Below the pieces are notes generated by a model. The model was not told where the DNA came from, did not search any database, and saw only the letters and a list, made by a program, of their open reading frames with translations. The position numbers were made by a program, and so were the translations under genes. Shown here piece after piece: positions 54,153 through 59,345 of a stretch of 59,345 bases of DNA (within the stretch, counting starts at the first letter, position 1; each line of letters begins with the position of its first letter). This DNA is from a bacterium (lineage in GTDB: Bacteria > Oederibacteriota > PGYV01 > Palsa-1178). Location of the stretch: contig JBAXIL010000006.1 of NCBI GenBank assembly GCA_037138355.1, positions 1 through 59,345 of the forward strand, written 5' to 3'.

Positions 54153-55170
54153 GTTTTTTCATATCCTTTATTATTTTTTTCAGCGGCGGTACATCAAATA
54201 CTTTTTTGCCGGTGATTTCGTTTGTGACAGCAAGATACATTTGGGAGATAAGCTTTTTGATTTCTGGTGGAAGTGGTGGTGGTTTTACTTTTACAAGTTC
54301 TTTCCAGTTAGCTCCACCTATTTTTTTTGCTTTTTCTATTGCAGTGTACCAAGCAGTTTTTCTATACCATCTGCGTGCAAACTCTTTACTTATGTGAAAG
54401 TTATCATACAAAAATCTGCATTCGTCAGGAGTTCCGAGCACATCTACCACTATTATATTCCCTTTTGCGTCCATACCAAACTCAAACTTGCCGTCCACAT
54501 TTTCTATCTTTGCTTTCTTGCAAGCAGTTGATATTATTTTATTTATAGTGAGAACTAATGCTTTTAATTTTTTTATATTTTTTTCATCAAGCCCGGATAT
54601 TGTTTTTGCTTCTTCCCAACTTATATAGCGGTCAGTATGTTCGAGTTTGGTTGATACATCTAAAACTGGTTTTTTAAGCAGCTCATTTACTATTGGTTCG
54701 TGGTCAAGTCCTAAGGATTTAAATGTAGCAGAACCATTTGCTATTCTTTTAAAAACGCTTGAACCATCAGTTAACTTGTTTCTATATATTACTTCAAGTG
54801 GGATTAAGTAGTTAGTAGGTTTCTTCTTATAGTCGGAATAATCATAAGTATTTGCTTTTTCATTGTATTTTGGTTTTAACACTCTGACAAGTTTTACTCT
54901 CATTTTATTTGAAGCGGTTTTAACGGATGAAAAGCTTTTCAGTTTGTTTGCTTCGGATAAGCCCAAAAAGTGGGTTTTTATGCCTTTTTTATCAAGAAGT
55001 TCAAAGAAATAGGAGGAAAGCATACATAAAGCAGAGCCCTTTTTGTCTATATGGTCAGGCATTTCTCCCCAGTCAAAAACTGAATACCTATCAGAAAATA
55101 TAAAATCTCCTTCTCCTTCGGTTGTTATTTCAGCTTTTTTGATTATATCGACTTCTTTTACACTCCCCAT
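54142..55170 (-). CDS. purC: SAICAR synthase, long form
   Basis: MGSVK, FSDRYSVFDWGEMPD, IPLEVIYRN...GSS, STKLE..DR, DGKFEFG, VDVLGTPDECRF, SKEF.R. Confidence 0.9.
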   Translation of the reverse strand: MGSVKEVDIIKKAEITTEGEGDFIFSDRYSVFDWGEMPDHIDKKGSALCMLSSYFFELLDKKGIKTHFLGLSEANKLKSFSSVKTASNKMRVKLVRVLKPKYNEKANTYDYSDYKKKPTNYLIPLEVIYRNKLTDGSSVFKRIANGSATFKSLGLDHEPIVNELLKKPVLDVSTKLEHTDRYISWEEAKTISGLDEKNIKKLKALVLTINKIISTACKKAKIENVDGKFEFGMDAKGNIIVVDVLGTPDECRFLYDNFHISKEFARRWYRKTAWYTAIEKAKKIGGANWKELVKVKPPPLPPEIKKLISQMYLAVTNEITGKKVFDVPPLKKIIKDMKKHDN

Positions 55171-55273
55171 ATACTGCCTCCGTCAAAAAGTAGTAATTTG
55201 CTATATGCTATATTTTAACAAAACAGACAGTATAAAACAATATAAACATAAGAATATATGATATAATTTTTTT

Positions 55274-55585
55274 ATGGATAAAGTATATAATATGCTGAGA
55301 AAAACAGAGGCAATTATTTTTGATTCAAAGGACGAAAAATTAAAAGATTTTCTTGCCCTGTATTATGCTATTACTACTTCTGAAAACAAGCAAAAGTTTA
55401 ATAATATACTTGTTTATACTGATACTTTTAAAGATGAATTGTTATTAATATCAGGGGTTACTTATGTATGGTGTAAGAACTCTTTACCTGTAGGTTCTAA
55501 ACATTTATTAACAGGTGATTTTGTGATTGAAAAAATGGATATAAAACAGCAATACATACAAAGATTTTTGAGTAATTGTACTTAA
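55274..55585 (+). CDS. Hypothetical protein
   Basis: 103-aa ORF filling the gap between purC and the next gene; no RBS or family recognised. Confidence 0.5.
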   Translation: MDKVYNMLRKTEAIIFDSKDEKLKDFLALYYAITTSENKQKFNNILVYTDTFKDELLLISGVTYVWCKNSLPVGSKHLLTGDFVIEKMDIKQQYIQRFLSNCT

Positions 55586-55597
55586 AATATATGGCAA

Positions 55598-56182
55598 TTA
55601 TTTATTTTTTTTGATTTTGGGTTTTTCAATAGGATTTAGTTCTTTTTTTATGCAATCAAGCATTGATATGATTTCACTGTCTGTTGCTTTTGTCGATTTA
55701 ACCATCCATTTTATTAGTCCGTCTTTTCCTATGACATAAACATAAAACAATGAAGGTTCATTTATTTGAAGTGGTTTTATTATTTTATCTTTATCACCAG
55801 TATATATAAGGAAGCGTTCCCACTTGGATTTGTCTATATTTCCTTTTAAACTTCCAAGTATCAAACCTCCTATGACTGGTATATCACCTAATACTGCTGT
55901 TTGACTATAGGCAACGCAGGTGTTTCCTTTATATATCGCATTGAATGTATTTATCCACGCATCAGTTTGGTCTATTTCCTGTCTTGCAAAGGTCATAACA
56001 GCCATTTCTACTTTTGGTGTTATAGGTTCTGGAACTGTTATTTGAACATCAGAAAGATTGTTTGCAGAAAAAGAAGGAAACTTAATTCCTAAAGACGAAC
56101 TCATGGTATTGTCTAAAGTATCTGCCAATGAAAATGAAAAAAATAATGCACAAATTGAAAAGCATAAAATAACATGTTTCAT
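55598..56182 (-). CDS. Secreted protein, possible thioredoxin-like fold without CxxC
   Basis: GGAGG RBS; signal peptide; FPSFSANNLSD..ITVP and YVIGKDGLIKW resemble thioredoxin-like edge strands. Confidence 0.55.
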   Translation of the reverse strand: MKHVILCFSICALFFSFSLADTLDNTMSSSLGIKFPSFSANNLSDVQITVPEPITPKVEMAVMTFARQEIDQTDAWINTFNAIYKGNTCVAYSQTAVLGDIPVIGGLILGSLKGNIDKSKWERFLIYTGDKDKIIKPLQINEPSLFYVYVIGKDGLIKWMVKSTKATDSEIISMLDCIKKELNPIEKPKIKKNK

Positions 56183-56233
56183 AAGCACCTCCGTGTAAAT
56201 AAATTAATTAGTATTTTAATATATTAAATCAGT

Positions 56234-57517
56234 TTAACTTTTAAAGTTTAAAGCAATCTTTGAAGCCCAAGGAGTTGTATTAGCTCCGTAAGCGCCCCTA
56301 CCGGAAATAAACTCTGGACCGTTTAAAATTAAATCTTCATTAACAAGAAAGTCAATTGAGAACGCAGCGATTTCAAAAGTCGCACCGAAGTTTACATTGA
56401 GGCGGTTTGTGTTGGATATGGTGTAGGTGTCGTCTGCGCTATAAATTTTTCCATCGGAGTTCTTGTAGTAACATTTATATATATAATTATACCACATTGC
56501 TTTCTTTGCGCCAGCTCTTAAAGTCCAGTTTTCATTTAACTTTGTTTCTGCTCCTATGATGAGAGGTACATTAAATATAATGGTATCATCAAATTCATTT
56601 AAAACAGATTTAATCTCAACAAGTTTGTCAAATCCATTTGCCCAAGAATTATTGTAGAAATTCATTTCAACTTGAGTTCCAGCAAAGATGGTTGTCTTGT
56701 CAAATTTAACAGTTTTAACTGCACCAAGCTGAATCATAATACTCTGATTAGTGATTACTTGATACCAATCTAAATATAGAGCACCTGAAGTATTAAAACA
56801 CTTCTGAATATTTTCATATTTTATTGTATATAACTGAGGGCCAAGACCTATAGTCATATCCCCAAAATTTACTTTACCATTTAGTTTGGCTTCAATGCCA
56901 ACTGTTTTTTGCTGACAAAATTGTTCTATATTTCCCCAAATATCATAAAATGTATTTTCACAAGCAATAGAAAGTGGAAATACCAATGATAGTCCGAAAT
57001 CCATGGGTATGTCACCAAGATAACTTAGACCAAGATTGATACCGAAAGCATTATTAAACTTATTAACACGGATATCTTTATCATATGAAACAGGCATTTC
57101 TGTTGGGTTTTGAACTTGTTTATCAAGATACTGTTGATAAGTGATACCCACGGCAAATGATATAGCATTAGACAGGTTACGGCCATAAAGAACACCAGAG
57201 TTTACAGAGTTATCCAAAAGGTTAATGTAGGTATTGGTGTTTGTGTAAAGACCGATTACTCCGCCAAATAAATCAAGATTTGCATAGGAATTAAGGTCGC
57301 TTCCATCATATTCAAATACTGCAAGCTTTGGGTACTTTAATATAGTAGCTGGAAAAAGATTTACATTGGCTGCATCTGAAATCATCCAAGAGTCAGGTGC
57401 ATAAACTGAGTTGATATTTAGACCGAGCCCATTAAGGCGTGTTTCTGAAGCCATTGTCGCACTCGCAAAGATGGCAACTAATACTAAAACAATTATTATT
57501 GTTTTAATTGTTGTCAC
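56234..57517 (-). CDS. Putative outer-membrane beta-barrel protein, copy 1 (start GTG 57517 or ATT 57508; C-terminal Trp replaced by Ser)
   Basis: Signal peptide, alternating amphipathic strands, full-length paralog of 57737..59014. Confidence 0.7.
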   Translation of the reverse strand: MTTIKTIIIVLVLVAIFASATMASETRLNGLGLNINSVYAPDSWMISDAANVNLFPATILKYPKLAVFEYDGSDLNSYANLDLFGGVIGLYTNTNTYINLLDNSVNSGVLYGRNLSNAISFAVGITYQQYLDKQVQNPTEMPVSYDKDIRVNKFNNAFGINLGLSYLGDIPMDFGLSLVFPLSIACENTFYDIWGNIEQFCQQKTVGIEAKLNGKVNFGDMTIGLGPQLYTIKYENIQKCFNTSGALYLDWYQVITNQSIMIQLGAVKTVKFDKTTIFAGTQVEMNFYNNSWANGFDKLVEIKSVLNEFDDTIIFNVPLIIGAETKLNENWTLRAGAKKAMWYNYIYKCYYKNSDGKIYSADDTYTISNTNRLNVNFGATFEIAAFSIDFLVNEDLILNGPEFISGRGAYGANTTPWASKIALNFKS

Positions 57518-57558
57518 TCCTAAAATAAATTAATGGATTATACAACTTTCTTCATTAA

Positions 57559-57581
57559 AATACCACCAAAATAGTGGTATT
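57559..57581. promoter_or_regulatory. Palindromic operator-like site upstream of copy 1
   Basis: AATACCAC-CAAAATA-GTGGTATT; covers the -35 position relative to TATAAT at 57537-57542 (minus). Confidence 0.55.
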
Positions 57582-57668
57582 AAAATAGTATTTGTTTTGG
57601 GGTATCAAAATATAGGTGGTTTATGAATATTACTATTGTGTATTTTATTTTAATTATTTATATTAAAC

Positions 57669-57706
57669 AAAAAAAATACCGGCAGTGAAAACACTGCCGA
57701 TATTTT
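57669..57706 (-). terminator. Intrinsic terminator of copy 2
   Basis: CGGCAGTG-AAAA-CACTGCCG hairpin with A8 flank (U-tract on the minus strand). Confidence 0.85.
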
Positions 57707-57736
57707 GAAATTAAATTATTTAAAAGTTAAATCAGT

Positions 57737-59014
57737 TTACCACTTAAAGTTTAAAGCAATTTTTGAAGCCCATGGAGTTGTGTCATCTCCGTAAGCGCCT
57801 CTACCAGAAATAAACTCTGGACCGTTTAAGATTAAATCTTTATTAACAAGGAAGTCAATAGAGAACGCAGCGACTTCAAAAGTTGCGCCGAAGTTTACAG
57901 AGAGGTTGTTTGTGTACGAATCGGTGTAGGTGTCGTCTGCGTATGTAATTTTGCCATCGGCATTTTTAGCATAAGATTTACTTATGGCGTTGTTCCACAT
58001 TGTTTTTTTAGCACCAGCTCTTAAAGTCCAATTTTCATTTATCTTTGTTTCTGCTCCTATGATGAGAGGAACATTAAAATATGTACCCTCATCATGCATA
58101 GTTGAAACAGTTTTTGTCTGAACAATTTTGTCAAATGCAGTTATCACAGAATCATTCCAAAACGATGCTTCTAATTGAGTTCCAGCAAAGATAGTTGTCT
58201 TGTCTAACTTAATGGATTTAACCGCACCCAACTGAAACATTATCTCCTGATGAGAGTTTTTGTCATACCAATCATAAGAAAGTGCACCTTCATCCGTATA
58301 AGTCTTCTGAATTTCTTCCCATGTGCTTGTATGCAACTGAACGCCAAGACCTACAACCATATCTCCAAGAGTTGCTTTGCTACTTAGTTTGATTTCAATA
58401 CCAGCATTTTTTGTTTGATCAAACTCTATTTTATCTCCAGCAGGATTAAAATAGGTGTCTTCATTGTTGATATCAAGTGGTAATGCGAATGATAGACCAA
58501 AATCCATAGGTATATCACCAAGTAAATTTAAACCAAGATTGATACCGATGGCATTACTAAACTGATTGACATGTATATCTTTGTTATTTGAAACAGGATC
58601 TTCAGTTGGGTTTTCTACCTGTTTATCAAGATACTGCTGGTAAGTAACACCAACTGCAACTGACATAGTATCAGACAGGTTCTTACCATAAAGCACACCT
58701 GAGTTCACATTACTACTAACAATATCAATGTTGGTGTTGGTGTTTGTGTAAAGACCGATTACTCCACCAAGTAAATCAAGATTAACATAGGAAGCAAGAT
58801 CTCCATAATACCCATACTCAAATACAGCAAGCTTTGGATATTTTACTATTGTTGCTGGGAAAAGTTCTACATTGGCTGCATCTGAAACCATCCAAGCGTC
58901 TGAACCGTCCCATGTGTTGCGATTAAGTCCTAAGCCTTCAATTCTTGTTTGTGAAGCCATTGCCATACTTGCAAAAAGTGTAAGAACAGCTAAGACAACT
59001 AAAATTTTTTTCAT
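57737..59014 (-). CDS. Putative outer-membrane beta-barrel (porin-like) protein, copy 2
   Basis: AGGAGG RBS, MKK signal peptide with AMA cleavage site, amphipathic strands, C-terminal beta-signal-like IALNFKW. Confidence 0.75.
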   Translation of the reverse strand: MKKILVVLAVLTLFASMAMASQTRIEGLGLNRNTWDGSDAWMVSDAANVELFPATIVKYPKLAVFEYGYYGDLASYVNLDLLGGVIGLYTNTNTNIDIVSSNVNSGVLYGKNLSDTMSVAVGVTYQQYLDKQVENPTEDPVSNNKDIHVNQFSNAIGINLGLNLLGDIPMDFGLSFALPLDINNEDTYFNPAGDKIEFDQTKNAGIEIKLSSKATLGDMVVGLGVQLHTSTWEEIQKTYTDEGALSYDWYDKNSHQEIMFQLGAVKSIKLDKTTIFAGTQLEASFWNDSVITAFDKIVQTKTVSTMHDEGTYFNVPLIIGAETKINENWTLRAGAKKTMWNNAISKSYAKNADGKITYADDTYTDSYTNNLSVNFGATFEVAAFSIDFLVNKDLILNGPEFISGRGAYGDDTTPWASKIALNFKW

Positions 59015-59066
59015 GCTTTGTTCCTCCTATTTTTTTATTAATATATAATACTACATTTTTCATTAT

Positions 59067-59112
59067 AATGCAACTAAAATGGTAGCATTTATTTATTACC
59101 AAAATGGTGATA
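59067..59112. promoter_or_regulatory. Two palindromic operator-like sites upstream of copy 2
   Basis: AATGCAAC-TAAAATG-GTAGCATT (59067-59089) and TATTACC-AAAAT-GGTGATA (59094-59112); same layout as 57559-57581. Confidence 0.5.
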
Positions 59113-59229
59113 TATTCATATTTTACAAGGTTTTAGTGAATTTTGAAATTAAGGGAGTTTTGGTATTATTCTAAAAGTAAGTTATTACTGAGTATATATT
59201 TTTTGTTTTAGAGATATTAAAATATTAAC

Positions 59230-59267
59230 AAAAAAAATACCGGCAGTGAAAACACTGCCGGTATTTT
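59230..59267 (-). terminator. Intrinsic terminator of copy 3
   Basis: Perfect AAAATACCGGCAGTG-AAAA-CACTGCCGGTATTTT hairpin plus A-tract. Confidence 0.85.
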
Positions 59268-59297
59268 GGAATTAAATTACTTAAAAGTTAAATCAGT

Positions 59298-59345
59298 TTA
59301 CCACTTAAAGTTTAAAGCAATCTTTGAAGCCCATGGAGTTGTGTT
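59298..59345 (-). CDS. 3' end of a third beta-barrel paralog (5'-truncated by the window edge)
   Basis: Encodes ...NTTPWASKIALNFKW*, matching copy 2 except N for D. Confidence 0.85.
   Translation of the reverse strand, partial: NTTPWASKIALNFKW

Larger units (their letters stand above)
57661..59345. repeat. Direct repeat of terminator plus gene 3' end (57661-57784 vs 59222-59345); unit length 1561 bp
   Basis: Near-identical ~120-bp blocks offset by 1561 nt; the gene 3' end is also repeated at ~56225-56280. Confidence 0.9.

Noticed and set aside
56234..59345. Diversity-generating retroelement or shufflon explanation for the repeated 3' ends
   Set aside because: No reverse transcriptase or recombinase in the window, differences are not adenine-specific, and all copies are in direct orientation.
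57661..59345. CRISPR-like repeats
   Set aside because: Only two copies 1561 bp apart, explained by gene duplication; no spacers or cas genes.

Overview
AT-rich bacterial chromosome segment spanning the probable replication origin (dnaA-oriC-dnaN). Almost all of it is housekeeping and cell-envelope genes; I found no tRNA, rRNA, CRISPR array, transposase or phage gene. Left to right it contains: a surface-glycan cluster (2 GT-C, GT4, methyltransferase, GT9) directly downstream of rpsU-yqeY-nif3-dnaG-rpoD; hemW-proA-nadD; a plus-strand six-gene inositol-glycolipid operon resembling the actinobacterial PIM pathway (PIP synthase, ino1, two PatA-like acyltransferases, PimA-like GT4, PHP phosphoesterase); ABC-F; a large Alu-domain SRP RNA followed by dnaX-ybaB-recR-U32; a rearranged dnaA-dnaN-gyrA-orf-dciA-remB-gyrB block; purC-pepP-efp-accBC-asp23-amaP-thiD2-thiE-thiC; and a tandem array of at least 3 paralogous outer-membrane beta-barrel genes running off the right end. 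Best leads: (1) the PIM-like operon in an apparent diderm, with candidates for two steps that I know of no enzyme for in mycobacteria; (2) an oriC whose trio-like repeats read 3'-GTT-5' next to a DnaA with altered ssDNA-binding residues; (3) the porin-like array with palindromic operators and an apparently attenuated copy; (4) a probable ATT-initiated gene; (5) an EF-P with an atypical RPRL loop; (6) a terminator-like leader hairpin upstream of rpsU. All family calls come from motif recognition by eye; no database searches were run.
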